Numbered from the stretch's first letter, positions 1 through 11,221 are shown. The stretch is 64,000 nt of DNA from an uncultured delta proteobacterium (GCA_963753975.1 CAVWEH010000002.1:64001-128000), one strand, 5' to 3'. A program made the numbers and translations. Notes: a model not told the origin generated them from the sequence alone.

Positions 1-225
1 GTGTTCTTGATTGAAGTATCCGACTATGAAAAAATTAACGGTATTATCAAACGAGAGGAGGAAGTAGATATACAGGTTAAAGAAGCGCGGGACAATCACC
101 TAATAAGGTTTCATAACCGTCTTTGCCAAGCTGAGGCCGGGCCGATTTTTGTCCAAATGCTCATTCATTTAGAGCGCATTTCCGATCATTGCGAAAATAT
201 TGCTGAATACATATCGGATATTTAA
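1..225 (+). CDS. C-terminal PhoU-like domain, probably of a Na/Pi cotransporter (5' truncated by window)
   Basis: REEEVD...HLIRFHNRLC...LERISDHCENIAE pattern typical of PhoU-domain C-termini. Confidence 0.7.
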   Translation: MFLIEVSDYEKINGIIKREEEVDIQVKEARDNHLIRFHNRLCQAEAGPIFVQMLIHLERISDHCENIAEYISDI

Positions 226-334
226 AAAAATACGTATAATAAATATTGCCCTGAATAATAATATATCATATACTTAAAAACCATTTAAAAAATTCCGGCC
301 GGATGCTCCAATATGCTCTTTAAGGAGGCATTAG

Positions 335-853
335 ATGAATAAAAGGATGAATGCTTTGAAGTTTGCCCTGGAAAATGAACAAAAAGAGCGCGAATTTTAC
401 CTGGCCAATGCCCGCAGAACGAAAAATATGGCCGGAAAAAATATGTTCAAGCAAATTGCCGATGAAGAAAAGGAACATTACGAAGTCTTAAAAAAATTAA
501 ATGAAAAATGGCAACAGCAAAAAAAATGGCCGGCAACGGTTCCATTGAAAGTAAGAAAATCTTTAGCCGGTAGTATATTAAAAGCTATGGCAGGTAAAAA
601 GGCGGCGCGCATTGCCGGCAATGAAGACGACCTCAAGGCCATTCGCACAGCGATTGATTTTGAAGCAAGGGGTGTTGCTCTTTATACAAAATTGGAGAAG
701 GAAAGCGCCGATCTTAAAGAGAAAGCATTCTTTAATTTAATAGCGAGCGTTGAGCGTGATCATCTCCTTTCTCTGCGCGATACCGAAGAATTCCTGACTG
801 ATCCGGCCACTTGGTATCAAAATGTAGAGAAACCCGCTTTAGATGGCGCTTAA
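335..853 (+). CDS. Rubrerythrin/ferritin-like di-iron protein
   Basis: Two E...EExH-type repeats (ALENE...ADEEKEH; AIDFE...SVERDH); SD aaggagg. Confidence 0.85.
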   Translation: MNKRMNALKFALENEQKEREFYLANARRTKNMAGKNMFKQIADEEKEHYEVLKKLNEKWQQQKKWPATVPLKVRKSLAGSILKAMAGKKAARIAGNEDDLKAIRTAIDFEARGVALYTKLEKESADLKEKAFFNLIASVERDHLLSLRDTEEFLTDPATWYQNVEKPALDGA

Positions 854-868
854 GATAAATACGGGACG

Positions 869-2851
869 TTATTTTTCGCTCATAATTGCAGCATCGCCAT
901 TGCCTGCGGCCAGTTTCTCTAATTTGTAATTCAGTTCCGTCCAGATACTATAGCTATGCTCCAATTCTGAAGTAATATCTTTCAATTCCATATTGAGCTT
1001 CTTAATTTTGGATGAATCTTTGTGTGTCTGCGGATCACATAAGACGGATTCGTGTTCGGCTTTTCTGGCTTCCAGCGCCTGAATCTTTTCTTCTATAGAG
1101 GCCAGGTCTTTTTTCCAGACACTCTTAATCTGGAAACTTTTGTTTCTTTCCTCCGCCTCGAACCTCTTCTTCTCCTTGGTTTTGAATGCTTGTTCTTTGG
1201 TCACCGTACTTTTCAAAGGATTGTCTTTTTCAGATTCAATTGTCGTCTGGCTGCGTTTTTCTATGAAATATGAATAATTGCCGAGGTAATAATTAATTGA
1301 TCCATCTTTCAATTCAAAAATTTTATTGACCAGCCGATCTAAAAAATAACGATCGTGTGAAACGATGGCTACGGTTCCGTGATAGTTAATCAGAGCTTCT
1401 TGAAAAATATCCTTAGTTATGGAGTCGAGGTGATTAGTCGGTTCGTCCAGAATGAGAAAGTTCGTATCCAGAAGCATAATTTTTAAAAGTGAAAGGCGCG
1501 ATTTTTCGCCGCCGGAAAGTATCGAAACCGGCTTGTAAATATCATCACCGGAAAAAAGAAAAGCGCCAAGAAGATTACGTTTCTCTTGATCGCTGGCTTT
1601 TGTAGCGACGGTGCTGATCTCTTCCCATATTGTTTTTTTATAATTCAAATTTTCCGAGCTTTCTTGAGAGTAGAAGGCGGCATTCACGTTGTCTCCGTAT
1701 TTTATTTCTCCTGATGCAGGTTGTTCCGTTAGACTCAGTAATCTCGATAAGGTAGACTTGCCGGAGCCGTTGACACCAACAAAGGCCACTTTCTCTGCCC
1801 GGTATAAGGTGAAATTTAAGTCACGAAAAACGTTCAGATTGCTGTAGTTATGGCCGAGATTAATCGCCTTGACGACCTCTTTGGCGCTTTTTTTACCTTC
1901 CGGAAATTTCATAGTTATTTTTTTTTCTTTTGGTTCCTGTGTTATAGCTTCAAATTTTTCGAGCATTTTGACGCGGCTTTGCACTTGGCTTGCTTTTGTT
2001 GCTTTGTAGCGGAATCGTTCCACAAATTCTTCGATTTTTTTGATTTGCGCTTTTTGCAGTTCCATTTCTTTTTTTAAGGCGGCGTGCCTTCTTTCTTTTT
2101 CCTTCAAATAATAGGAATAGTTGCCCTTGTAAATATGGATATGGCGGGAGGAAAGCTCGGCGATCTGAGTCGCTATTTTATCTAGAAAGAAACGGTCATG
2201 GGAGATAACAATTATGGTTCCGGGATAGTTTTTCAGATAACTCTCCAGCCATTCCATACTTTCCGTGTCGAGATGGTTGGTCGGTTCGTCCAGAAGCATT
2301 ATTTGCGGTTGCGCCAACAGAATTGAAGTAAGCAGAATGCGCATTTTCCAGCCGCCGGAAAATAACTCACAGTTTTTGGCAAAGTCGTTTTCGCGAAATC
2401 CGAAGCCCTTGAGAACTTGTTTTGCTCTGGCTTCGAAAGCGTAACCGTCACGGGAATTGTAAATGGCTACTGCGTCGGCATAAGCTTTGCTGAGGAGACC
2501 GTAATCGGAAGTATTGTGTTTGACCTGTGATATTTGATGTTCTAAATTTTTGATGGATTCCTCCAGAGCAGTCATGCCGCTTTTTTCTTTAAGAAATTCC
2601 AGTAGATTGATCGATTCCAATTCGATTGTCTCTTGCGGCAAATAGCCGATGGCAGTTAGCTTCCTGTCGGGAATATCGATAAAACCGGAGTCCAGATGCA
2701 CTTCCCCCAGCATGGCCCGAAACAAAGTAGTTTTTCCCACGCCGTTATTACCGATCAAGCCGATCCGGCTCTTGGGACGGATTGTCCAGTTGATATTGTC
2801 GAAAAGTATTTTATCTAAAAAAGATAAGCTGGCATTACGGAAATAGATCAC
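869..2851 (-). CDS. ABC-F family ATPase (Uup/YheS-like)
   Basis: Two ABC domains (GNNGVGKT, GVNGSGKS, SGG, LDEPTNHLD x2), no TM segments, C-terminal coiled coil; start moved to GTG 2851 after gaagga. Confidence 0.9.
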   Translation of the reverse strand: MIYFRNASLSFLDKILFDNINWTIRPKSRIGLIGNNGVGKTTLFRAMLGEVHLDSGFIDIPDRKLTAIGYLPQETIELESINLLEFLKEKSGMTALEESIKNLEHQISQVKHNTSDYGLLSKAYADAVAIYNSRDGYAFEARAKQVLKGFGFRENDFAKNCELFSGGWKMRILLTSILLAQPQIMLLDEPTNHLDTESMEWLESYLKNYPGTIIVISHDRFFLDKIATQIAELSSRHIHIYKGNYSYYLKEKERRHAALKKEMELQKAQIKKIEEFVERFRYKATKASQVQSRVKMLEKFEAITQEPKEKKITMKFPEGKKSAKEVVKAINLGHNYSNLNVFRDLNFTLYRAEKVAFVGVNGSGKSTLSRLLSLTEQPASGEIKYGDNVNAAFYSQESSENLNYKKTIWEEISTVATKASDQEKRNLLGAFLFSGDDIYKPVSILSGGEKSRLSLLKIMLLDTNFLILDEPTNHLDSITKDIFQEALINYHGTVAIVSHDRYFLDRLVNKIFELKDGSINYYLGNYSYFIEKRSQTTIESEKDNPLKSTVTKEQAFKTKEKKRFEAEERNKSFQIKSVWKKDLASIEEKIQALEARKAEHESVLCDPQTHKDSSKIKKLNMELKDITSELEHSYSIWTELNYKLEKLAAGNGDAAIMSEK

Positions 2852-2915
2852 TTGCAGTTTTCCTTCATGAATCCACGCTTCTATAGAAAAAATCTTCAGA
2901 GCTGTCAATTGATTA

Positions 2916-2987
2916 GTGAGCCTCAAATTTCAAAACGGAGTGCATTGAAATTTGTAAATCGAACTATCCCGTGTAAGCAGGGATAAT
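2916..2987 (+). repeat. Dispersed structured repeat, copy 1
   Basis: caaatttcaa(2924-33)/ttgaaatttg(2945-54) perfect stem, loop aACGGAGTgca, then taaatcgaac-tatccc..gggata. Confidence 0.7.
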
Positions 2988-3031
2988 ATCCAAATGAGCG
3001 ATGGCTCTGATTAGTAGAAATCCTTGAAGGA

Positions 3032-4352
3032 TTATTTCTTTTTACGAAAGATAAATTTCAGAGGAACGTTTTCAAAGCCCAAAGCCGAGCGAATTTGATT
3101 CATCAGATAACGCTCATAGGAAAAATGAATGCCTTTGGCATTGCTGACAAAGAAGACAAACGTGGGCGGCTTAACGTTAGTCTGAGCAGCGTAGTAAATA
3201 TGCACCTGCTTATTCTGGTAGCGCGGCAGAGGATTTTTGCGCACTGATTTTTCCAGCAGGGAATTTAAAGGAGATGTGTCGATTCTTTTGGTATACTGCC
3301 GGTAGACATCCTCGATCAGAGCGAAAATCTTGGGCGCCCGCTGTCCGGTAATTGCGGATATGAAAAGGATGGGCGCGAAGTCCATGAATTTGATTTTATC
3401 TTTAATATCCTCGACAAATTTGCCCACGGTAGAGTTATCTTTCTTGATTTTGTCCCACTTATTAATGATGATAATGCAGGCCTTGCCGCGCTCGTAGGCA
3501 ATACCCGTAATCTTTGCATCCTGTTCGGTCATGCCTTCTTCGGCGTCGATCATAACGAGCGCTATGTTGCAGCGGTTGATGGATTTCAGCGCCTGGATGA
3601 CGCTGTATTTTTCCAGCGTCAGGCTGATCTTATTTTTTTTGCGGATTCCCGCAGTGTCGATCAAAAGATAACTTTTACCGTGTACTTTCACTGTAGTGTC
3701 GACGGCATCGCGGGTTGTGCCCGGCTCTGGATTGGCAATGCTCCTTTGCCTGCCGCAAATTAGGTTGATCAGAGATGATTTGCCGACATTGGGTTTGCCG
3801 ACGATGGCAACTTTTATTTGATCATCGTGTTCATCTCTGCTGTCTTTTACGGAAGGGAAGTCTCTGGTGATGACGGACATAAGTTCGTCAACGCCTAAAC
3901 CATGCTGTGCAGAAATAGGGTAGAGTTGATCTGACACCAAGGCGGTAGAACTCCGTCAGCATTTCCTTATGCCGGTCACCGTCAATTTTATTGACGACAT
4001 AGAAAGCATTCTTATCCTTACCGCGCAGTTGTTTGGCAATTTCAATGTCTGATGGGGTGAGCCCGTCTTTACCATCCATCAAGAAAATGATTACGTCTGC
4101 TTCTTCGATGGCGAGATTAGTCTGCTCGCGCATTTGTACCAGAATTATTTCTTCCGCGGCAGGTTCGAATCCGCCGGTATCAATGAGCGTAAAAGCTTTA
4201 TTGTCCCAGACGCAGTCCATGTAGTTGCGGTCCCGGGTGGCACCGGGCTCGTCAATGACAATAGCCTTCTGCTTGCCGACAATCCTGTTAAAAAGAGTTG
4301 ATTTGCCCACATTGGGACGCCCAACTATGGCTATTACTGGTTTTACCTGCAT
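3032..4352 (-). CDS. der: Ribosome biogenesis GTPase Der/EngA; split by +1 frameshift at ~3932 (probable sequence error)
   Basis: Two GTPase domains (GRPNVGKS, DTGG; GKPNVGKS, DTAG) plus KH-like C-terminus over ORFs 3888-4352 and 3032-3940. Confidence 0.93.
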
Positions 4353-4389
4353 TAAATATTATATCCTTAATATTTGTTAGGAGCGTTCT

Positions 4390-5280
4390 CTATGGTTTTA
4401 ATATGCCAAATTCCTGCAGCATCTTATCGGAGCTTGTCCAGTTTTTCTTTACCCGTACGTAAAGTTCCAGAAAAACCCTGGCATTAAAGAATTTTTCCAT
4501 TTCCAGTCGGGCTTGCGTGCCGATTTTTCTGAGCATCTCGCCTTTTTTCCCAATAATGATTGCCTTCTGTGATTCTTTCTCTATAGTAATTGTGGCAGAG
4601 ATGCTGATCAGATTTTTCGCTTTATCTTCCTTGAATACATCCACGATAACAGCGCTCGCATAAGGAACTTCCTGTTTAGTTAAAAGTAGTATTTTCTCGC
4701 GGATGAATTCGGCGGCGATAAATCTTTCTGTGGCATCAGTCGCAATATCTTCGGGGTAATATTGCGGCCCTTCCGGCAAGATTGTTTTTATCGCTTCCAA
4801 TAAATCATCAATCCCGTCTCCTTTTAATGCCGAAATCGGAAAAATATCCCGGTAATTGTAAAGAGTGCGGAATTTATCAATCAGCGGCAGAAGATATTTA
4901 TTTTCAAAAAGATCTATCTTATTTATTACCAGAAAAACGGGAACTTGAATGTGCGCCAGATATGCAATCAAAAAAAGATCATGGTGATGAACATCTGCAC
5001 CGGCTTCGGTAAGCATCAGCAAAATATCCGCATCATGGATGGTATCGCGTGCCGTTTGCACCATCGCCCGGTTCAACGGCGTTTTTGGTCTGTGCATACC
5101 GGGAGTGTCCAAAAAAATAAGCTGAGCATCGGGTAAATTTTTAATGCCGGTAATTTTGTTTCTTGTTGTCTGCGGCTTATCGGTGATGATGGAAATATTT
5201 TCACCGACGATAGCATTGAACAGTGTTGATTTACCGACATTGGGACGGCCGATAATGCCTATAAAACCGGATTTAAACAC
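4390..5280 (-). CDS. era: GTPase Era
   Basis: FKSGFIGIIGRPNVGKST, PQTTR, DTPG, NKID, KH domain IIIGKKG. Confidence 0.96.
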   Translation of the reverse strand: MFKSGFIGIIGRPNVGKSTLFNAIVGENISIITDKPQTTRNKITGIKNLPDAQLIFLDTPGMHRPKTPLNRAMVQTARDTIHDADILLMLTEAGADVHHHDLFLIAYLAHIQVPVFLVINKIDLFENKYLLPLIDKFRTLYNYRDIFPISALKGDGIDDLLEAIKTILPEGPQYYPEDIATDATERFIAAEFIREKILLLTKQEVPYASAVIVDVFKEDKAKNLISISATITIEKESQKAIIIGKKGEMLRKIGTQARLEMEKFFNARVFLELYVRVKKNWTSSDKMLQEFGILKP

Positions 5281-5311
5281 TCTGCTGTAATTCTCCTTTA
5301 AGAGACTTTAT

Positions 5312-6391
5312 TTATAATATTCCCGAAATGCTGGTGGAGACAAGTTTTCCTTTATTACCAGCGACTGAAATTACACCGGGTTTTTGCCGGGCAAGTGATT
5401 CTATAACTATCTTTGTTCGGGGATAAAGGTTTTTTATTGCGGATAGATTGGCATTGTGCAAGCCGCGAAAACTGGAAACATCATGATCAGACAAATGGAA
5501 GCGAATTTCCGGAGTCTCATGAGGAATATTATCCAATAGTTTGATTGTGCGATTGTAAAAAACAGAAGAAAGAACAAGGCTGCCTAGGGAAGGATGAATA
5601 GGTCCCGCCAATACTGCACGCTCGTTTTCCATTTCCTTGGTCATATGCAGGCCGATTCTGATGATGCGGATTCCCGCCGCGGAAAGCTTTTCCCAAGCAA
5701 GGCTGATTAATTCTACGGCTGCGGAGAGTTCCAGCGGCTGATATTTTCCTTGCCGGAATTCTTCGGCAAGGATAGTGTCGGCAAAAACGATTACGGGATG
5801 AATGCGTACCATGTCTGGTTTCAACTCTATTGTTTTGTCCAGGGAATAAATAAATCGTTCCTTTGTGTCCTGCGGCAGCCCGACCATCAAATGCAAAGAG
5901 GTGCGAAAATCGTAATCTTGCAAAAGCATCGTCGCGTTTGATATAGCTCTCGCGTCATGGCCTCTTTGGGAAAATTTCAGCACTTCGTCGCTGAATGATT
6001 GTGCTCCAATTTCTACCGTAGTAACGTCATTCTCTTTGAGAAAAATCAAATTATCGCGGGTTATATAATCCGGGCGGGTCGAGATTCTAACGGAATTAAC
6101 AAGGCCGGCCTGAATGTATGAATTAGCCCAGGAGAGAAGCTCCTTTTGATAAACAGGATCAAGTCCCGTAAAGTTTCCGCCATAGAAAGCGATCTCCACG
6201 GGTCGTTTTTTGTCTTTATTCCATTTCAGGTAAGATTCAACTTCAGCTTTAAAAATATTTTTTGTAAGTTCCGGTGGATAGTTTCCGGCAGATATTTTTT
6301 GGTTGCAAAAAATACAGCGATGCGGGCAGCCTTTGTTCATAATAAAAACAGGAATAATCAATGGTTTGCCTTTATTGTCACTTATTTTCAT
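5312..6391 (-). CDS. Radical SAM protein (Elp3/YhcC-like)
   Basis: CPHRCIFC, FYGGNFT, ISTRPD; start set at ATG 6391 overlapping rnc end. Confidence 0.8.
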   Translation of the reverse strand: MKISDNKGKPLIIPVFIMNKGCPHRCIFCNQKISAGNYPPELTKNIFKAEVESYLKWNKDKKRPVEIAFYGGNFTGLDPVYQKELLSWANSYIQAGLVNSVRISTRPDYITRDNLIFLKENDVTTVEIGAQSFSDEVLKFSQRGHDARAISNATMLLQDYDFRTSLHLMVGLPQDTKERFIYSLDKTIELKPDMVRIHPVIVFADTILAEEFRQGKYQPLELSAAVELISLAWEKLSAAGIRIIRIGLHMTKEMENERAVLAGPIHPSLGSLVLSSVFYNRTIKLLDNIPHETPEIRFHLSDHDVSSFRGLHNANLSAIKNLYPRTKIVIESLARQKPGVISVAGNKGKLVSTSISGIL

Positions 6392-7106
6392 TTTGCAATA
6401 CTTCCCATGCCTTTTGAGCCGCTTGTTTTTCAGCATCTTTTTTGTTTTTACCGCTGCCAATTTGCACTGTTTTATCGGTAATTGCTACCCGGACTTCGAA
6501 AGTTCTCGCATGTTCCGGTCCTTGAGAGTCAATAAGTGTATAAGTCGGCGTTATTTTATATTTTTTTTGGCAAAGTTCCTGCAAAGCAGTTTTATAGTCA
6601 AAGTATTTAGAGGTTATACTATCATTTTTCAACCATGGTTCGATTAACTTATTCACAACATTTTCAGCTTTGTTAAAATTGGAATCAAGATATATGCTGG
6701 CGATAACTGCTTCTAAGGCATTAGCCAAAAGAGAATCCTTGACGCGGCCGCCGGAAATTTCTTCTCCATGCCCGAGTAAAAGACAATCGCCGATTTTTAA
6801 ATCGAGCGCCATCCGGGCTAACACTTTTTCATTGATCAAACCCGCGCGGATTTTGGAAAGAGCACCTTCGGAAAAACCGCCATATTTTTTGATGAGCAGG
6901 TTGCTCACGCAAAGCCCCAAAACAGCGTCGCCGAGGAATTCGAATCTTTCATTATCGGAAACAGAAAGGTGCGGATTTTCGTTGACATAAGAACGGTGGG
7001 TGAGGGCGATCAAAAGAAGAGAAATATCGTGAAAACGATATTTAAGTTTTTTTGCCAAAACATTTAAAATAGCCAGCCTTTTTTTATCCAGCAACGATTT
7101 TTCCAT
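6378..7106 (-). CDS. rnc: Ribonuclease III
   Basis: ALTHRS, NERFEFLGDAVL signature, C-terminal dsRBD; start uncertain (7106-7139). Confidence 0.95.
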   Translation of the reverse strand: MEKSLLDKKRLAILNVLAKKLKYRFHDISLLLIALTHRSYVNENPHLSVSDNERFEFLGDAVLGLCVSNLLIKKYGGFSEGALSKIRAGLINEKVLARMALDLKIGDCLLLGHGEEISGGRVKDSLLANALEAVIASIYLDSNFNKAENVVNKLIEPWLKNDSITSKYFDYKTALQELCQKKYKITPTYTLIDSQGPEHARTFEVRVAITDKTVQIGSGKNKKDAEKQAAQKAWEVLQNENK

Positions 7107-8406
7107 AAAGTTTCCCATCTTGATATTCTTTCGCTTCAATCTTTACGATCATGCCCGCTATGGAAGGATCGTTGTTTTCCAGCAAGACCGGCAAATAATT
7201 ATTCGAAAAACCTTTCATTAAGCCCGTTCCTTTATCTTTTGTTTTTTCCACCAACACATCAAGTTTTTTCCCCAGAAAGCGCAAAGCAAATTCTTCCCTC
7301 TTGTTTAAACTCAGATTTCTGAGAAGTGCGGCGCGTTCCTTTTTTATGTTTTCCGGCACCTGGGGATGGAGCTTTTGTGCCGCTGTTCCCGGTCTTTCAG
7401 AATAGGGAAAAACATGCAGATAAGCAACCGGCAAATCCTGCAGTAATTTGAAAGTATTATTAAATTCAGCATCGCCTTCTCCCGGGAAGCCGACCATAAC
7501 ATCAACGCCAATGGCTAAATTACTTAAAACTGTTGAAATTTTTTCTATGAGCATACGGTAAAAGTAAGAATCGTAATTTCGTTTCATCAACTCGAGAATT
7601 TTATCATCGCCGCTTTGCAGAGGAATATGCAAATGCGGACAAAGAATATCTTCTTTATTCAAAAGATGCAACAACTCGTCCGTGATCTCACGCGGTTCTA
7701 TCGAACTCAAACGAAATCTCACGTCTTTGCGGCAATTAATTATTTGACGTAAAATACCGGTAAGGTTCGCGGGAGGATTAAGATCATATCCATAAGCTCC
7801 CAAATGGATGCCGGTAAGCACAATTTCCCTGTAGCCATTTTGTGTAAATCTATTTACTGCTTCCAAAACCTTTTCCGGGGGCAAACTGCGGCTTTTGCCA
7901 CGGGCAAAAGGGACAATACAATAACTGCAGAAGGCATTACAGCCATCTTGAATTTTTAGAAAAGCTCTTGTTCGCCCGGAAAAATTGCTAAGCGGCATTT
8001 CGCAAAAATATTTTTGCTGAAAAATATCATCGGACAGAGCGCCTCTGGAATTAATGGCGCCCTTCCGGAGAAATGAGGGAATGGCATGTTTTTGATCATT
8101 GCTGACGACAAGATTTACTCCAGGGAGAGCCGCGATGTCTGCGGCGGCAACCTGGGCATAACAACCGGTGACGATAATTTTTGCCGCAGGATTGGCGCGC
8201 TTGGCCCGACGGATCAACTGGCGAGCTTGAAAATCGGAAAAAGCCGTCACGGTGCAGGTATTGATAATGTAAATATCGGCCGGAGATCGGAAAGAAACCA
8301 AAGAAAAGCCTTTCTGGAGCAAGTCTTCGGCCAGCGCCGCCGATTCATATTGATTGACTTTGCAGCCCATGGTAGCCAGCGCTATTTTTTCTTTATTTGA
8401 TTTCAT
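7084..8406 (-). CDS. mtaB: tRNA t6A37 methylthiotransferase MtaB
   Basis: GCKVNQYES, INTCTVT, KIQDGCNAFCSYC, HVFPYSERPGT. Confidence 0.9.
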   Translation of the reverse strand: MKSNKEKIALATMGCKVNQYESAALAEDLLQKGFSLVSFRSPADIYIINTCTVTAFSDFQARQLIRRAKRANPAAKIIVTGCYAQVAAADIAALPGVNLVVSNDQKHAIPSFLRKGAINSRGALSDDIFQQKYFCEMPLSNFSGRTRAFLKIQDGCNAFCSYCIVPFARGKSRSLPPEKVLEAVNRFTQNGYREIVLTGIHLGAYGYDLNPPANLTGILRQIINCRKDVRFRLSSIEPREITDELLHLLNKEDILCPHLHIPLQSGDDKILELMKRNYDSYFYRMLIEKISTVLSNLAIGVDVMVGFPGEGDAEFNNTFKLLQDLPVAYLHVFPYSERPGTAAQKLHPQVPENIKKERAALLRNLSLNKREEFALRFLGKKLDVLVEKTKDKGTGLMKGFSNNYLPVLLENNDPSIAGMIVKIEAKEYQDGKLYGKIVAG

Positions 8407-8626
8407 ATCTAATCGGTATCCCAGTTAAAAATTAATAGTCTTTGGCCGGTATCGGTAATATATAAATAATCTTGCCTCTGGTAAGCATTGGAATTGTCTT
8501 GAAAAAATCATTGATAATCAGCTGAAATCTAGTCAGAAGGGCAGGGTTTGTCAAGTTTAAATAATAATGGATTTCACAATAAAAATAAGATAAATTTATG
8601 TAAAAGGGGAAAGGGGTTTTTAAATT

Positions 8627-8977
8627 ATGGATGCAATCACAGGTTATATAGCAGAGCACCCGGCAATGCTTATAATGATTATCGTTTTTGTCATCATATT
8701 TATTCTATATTTTATTTTAAAGAAATTAGTCAAATTAACTTTGCTTGTTTTGTTTATTTTGTTGGTGGTTGCCGGTTACTACTATTTTAAAGATCCAAGT
8801 AAAACGCTGGAAAAAATTAAAGCCACAGTCGACACGGTAAATGCCGGCATTAATGAAGTAGCGGATAAAAGCAAAAACTTCTATAAGGACACGAAAGCTT
8901 TATATGAAAAGAGCAAAGAAGTTCCCGGCGATATGAATAAATTGCTTAAAGATTCCGACGAAAAAGCAGGAAAATAA
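8627..8977 (+). CDS. Hypothetical membrane protein (two N-terminal TM helices, charged tail)
   Basis: Hydrophobic N-terminus; 26 bp before matrixin gene. Confidence 0.7.
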   Translation: MDAITGYIAEHPAMLIMIIVFVIIFILYFILKKLVKLTLLVLFILLVVAGYYYFKDPSKTLEKIKATVDTVNAGINEVADKSKNFYKDTKALYEKSKEVPGDMNKLLKDSDEKAGK

Positions 8978-9003
8978 CAGTTTACTTTTTTCAGTTCTAT
9001 AAA

Positions 9004-9918
9004 ATGTCTAGCTTCTCAAAGATAATTAGCTGGCGGTCTCTATTTTTACTAGCTGTCTTAATTATCTTGGCGGCAATTTTTTTACGGACGCCCAGTCCCT
9101 GTCAGGAGCCGTTGACTTACCGTATTGGCAATGTGGATGAAAGATTTGGTCTTACCCGGCAAGAATTCGCTATTGCTGCGGATATGGCTGCGGCAATGTG
9201 GGGGAAACCACTTTCGCATGAACTATTTCGGGAAGATCATAACGGCACGATCGAGATTAACCTTGTTTACGACTACCGGCAAGAAGCGACGGATAATTTA
9301 AAAAAACTCAACTTCAAAGTTAAGAATACTAAAGACTCTTATGGAGAATTAAAAAGCCGTTGGCAAAGCCTGAAATCGGAATACGAGCAGAAAAATGCAG
9401 CCCTTAAAGCAAGTTTTAGCGCCTACAATACACGGGTTGATTCTTTTAATGCGGAAAATAAATCCTGGAGCCGGCGCGGCGGTGTTCCCGAAAGTGTATA
9501 TAAAAGGTTAATCTCGGAAAAAAATGATTTAAATTCTTTGCGTGAAAATCTGCAAGCTCAACAGGATGAACTCAAAAAGCTGACTGATACCATCAATAAT
9601 CTGGTGATTGTCATCAATGAAATTGCCGCAAACTATAATCTGGATTTGGTTAATTATCAAAATACGGGAAATATACTGGGGCATGAATTTTGTGAAGGCT
9701 TTTACGAATATAAAGACGGCAAGCAATCGATTACTATATATCAGTTTGATAACGACTACCGGCTGGTACGTGTGCTCGCCCACGAATTTGGTCATGCTTT
9801 AGGATTAAAGCACAGCGAAGATCAAAAAGCGGTTATGTATCGGCTAATCCAATCGGATACAATCGAACTTTCGGCGGATGATATAAACAGCCTCAAAGCG
9901 CGCTGCAATATTCATTGA
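9004..9918 (+). CDS. Matrixin-family (M10) zinc metalloprotease with coiled-coil insertion
   Basis: HEFGHALGLKH zinc motif, Met-turn AVMY, N-terminal anchor. Confidence 0.85.
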   Translation: MSSFSKIISWRSLFLLAVLIILAAIFLRTPSPCQEPLTYRIGNVDERFGLTRQEFAIAADMAAAMWGKPLSHELFREDHNGTIEINLVYDYRQEATDNLKKLNFKVKNTKDSYGELKSRWQSLKSEYEQKNAALKASFSAYNTRVDSFNAENKSWSRRGGVPESVYKRLISEKNDLNSLRENLQAQQDELKKLTDTINNLVIVINEIAANYNLDLVNYQNTGNILGHEFCEGFYEYKDGKQSITIYQFDNDYRLVRVLAHEFGHALGLKHSEDQKAVMYRLIQSDTIELSADDINSLKARCNIH

Positions 9919-10053
9919 CAAAACCAATTTATATGCGGTTTCTTATCGGAAAAACCTGGACTGGTGATTCAGCAAAAGCAACCGTTTAAATATGAGGCAA
10001 TAATATTTCAGATTATCTGTGAACAGGTTGAATTAAGCTGCTAAGAAATCTGT

Positions 10054-10464
10054 CTAAAGCAGGTTGATTTCCATAGCGCGGACAGGGCAGGCGGAAACGC
10101 AAAGCTCACAGCCATTGCATTTTTCGGGATCAAATAAAATTTTTTGCGTCTGCTTTTCGAACGATAAAGCTCCTGTAGAGCAAAAGGCAGTGCACGCTCC
10201 GCAATGAACACACTTATCAATGTTTTGACTGACACTTTTGGATAGGGGTTCGACTTTAAGCCCCATATCCTTTAGAAAACGGATGCCCAGATCAAAGTCT
10301 TCCTTGGAACCGCTTAACTCCAGAACAATAACGCCCTCGCGGCGGGGGAATATCCTCGCCTTAAGAATATTAAAGACAAGATTATATTGTTTAACAAGCT
10401 GATAAATTACCGGCTGCTGAACAATGTCAGGAGTATATCGAATAACAATCTTTTTCGAATACAT
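10054..10464 (-). CDS. NIL domain + 2x[4Fe-4S] ferredoxin protein
   Basis: FNILKA motif; CVHCGACTAFC and CNGCELCVSACP. Confidence 0.9.
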   Translation of the reverse strand: MYSKKIVIRYTPDIVQQPVIYQLVKQYNLVFNILKARIFPRREGVIVLELSGSKEDFDLGIRFLKDMGLKVEPLSKSVSQNIDKCVHCGACTAFCSTGALSFEKQTQKILFDPEKCNGCELCVSACPVRAMEINLL

Positions 10465-10614
10465 AGTTTCATTATAAAATCATAATATATAATGAAATGT
10501 TAATTTATAGGGTAAGTATTGTCAAGGCAATAGTTGAAAATTCGCATAAATAGTAACCCGTATTATACATCTGAAAATTACATGTACGCGAGATTGTATC
10601 ATGAACTTTCTCGA

Positions 10615-11112
10615 TTAATAATCCGACTGCAAAAGATTTTTCCAATCGAGAAAGGGGAATGTTTTGTGCAGAGAATGATCATCATCTACAAAATGATGAT
10701 CCAATTGCCGGAATAATTTTACGGCAATATTTTTTACGGTAAGCGGATCGACAATATTATCGTAAATTCCATGATAAACAATAACCGGAAGCTGAAGCAT
10801 TCTGTCAGACTTAGGGCTAAACTCGGGAAGATTCAACGCCGGAGCAAGCAGAATCAATTTTTTTACTCGGATTTCGTTTTTCATTGCATATTGGACAGCC
10901 ATTAATCCTCCATAGCTGGATCCTACTATTATCAGGTTAGTCTTTCCGGCGAGCACGGACGAAAGTTTCAGCATGCGTGCGGCAAAATCTCCGGTATAAT
11001 TTTCGATCAGCATCTGGGGAAAACTTTGATGGAAAAATTGCCCTTTAGTGCCTTGCCCCGTACTTTCCAAACCGTGAATAAAGACCAGTGTACTTTCCAT
11101 TTTTTCCCCCAT
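10615..11112 (-). CDS. Small alpha/beta hydrolase (YqiA-like esterase)
   Basis: FIHGLES, GSSYGG nucleophile elbow, LLAPA, DDH. Confidence 0.8.
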   Translation of the reverse strand: MGEKMESTLVFIHGLESTGQGTKGQFFHQSFPQMLIENYTGDFAARMLKLSSVLAGKTNLIIVGSSYGGLMAVQYAMKNEIRVKKLILLAPALNLPEFSPKSDRMLQLPVIVYHGIYDNIVDPLTVKNIAVKLFRQLDHHFVDDDHSLHKTFPFLDWKNLLQSDY

Positions 11113-11221
11113 TCAGGCTCAGGATTTGCCTGAGAATTAATGCTCTTCGTAAATTAAATTCAATTTTACGTTGCCTGGATTATGGCAGTATGTTAGGACT
11201 CCCGCAAGAGGAGATTTGCTT

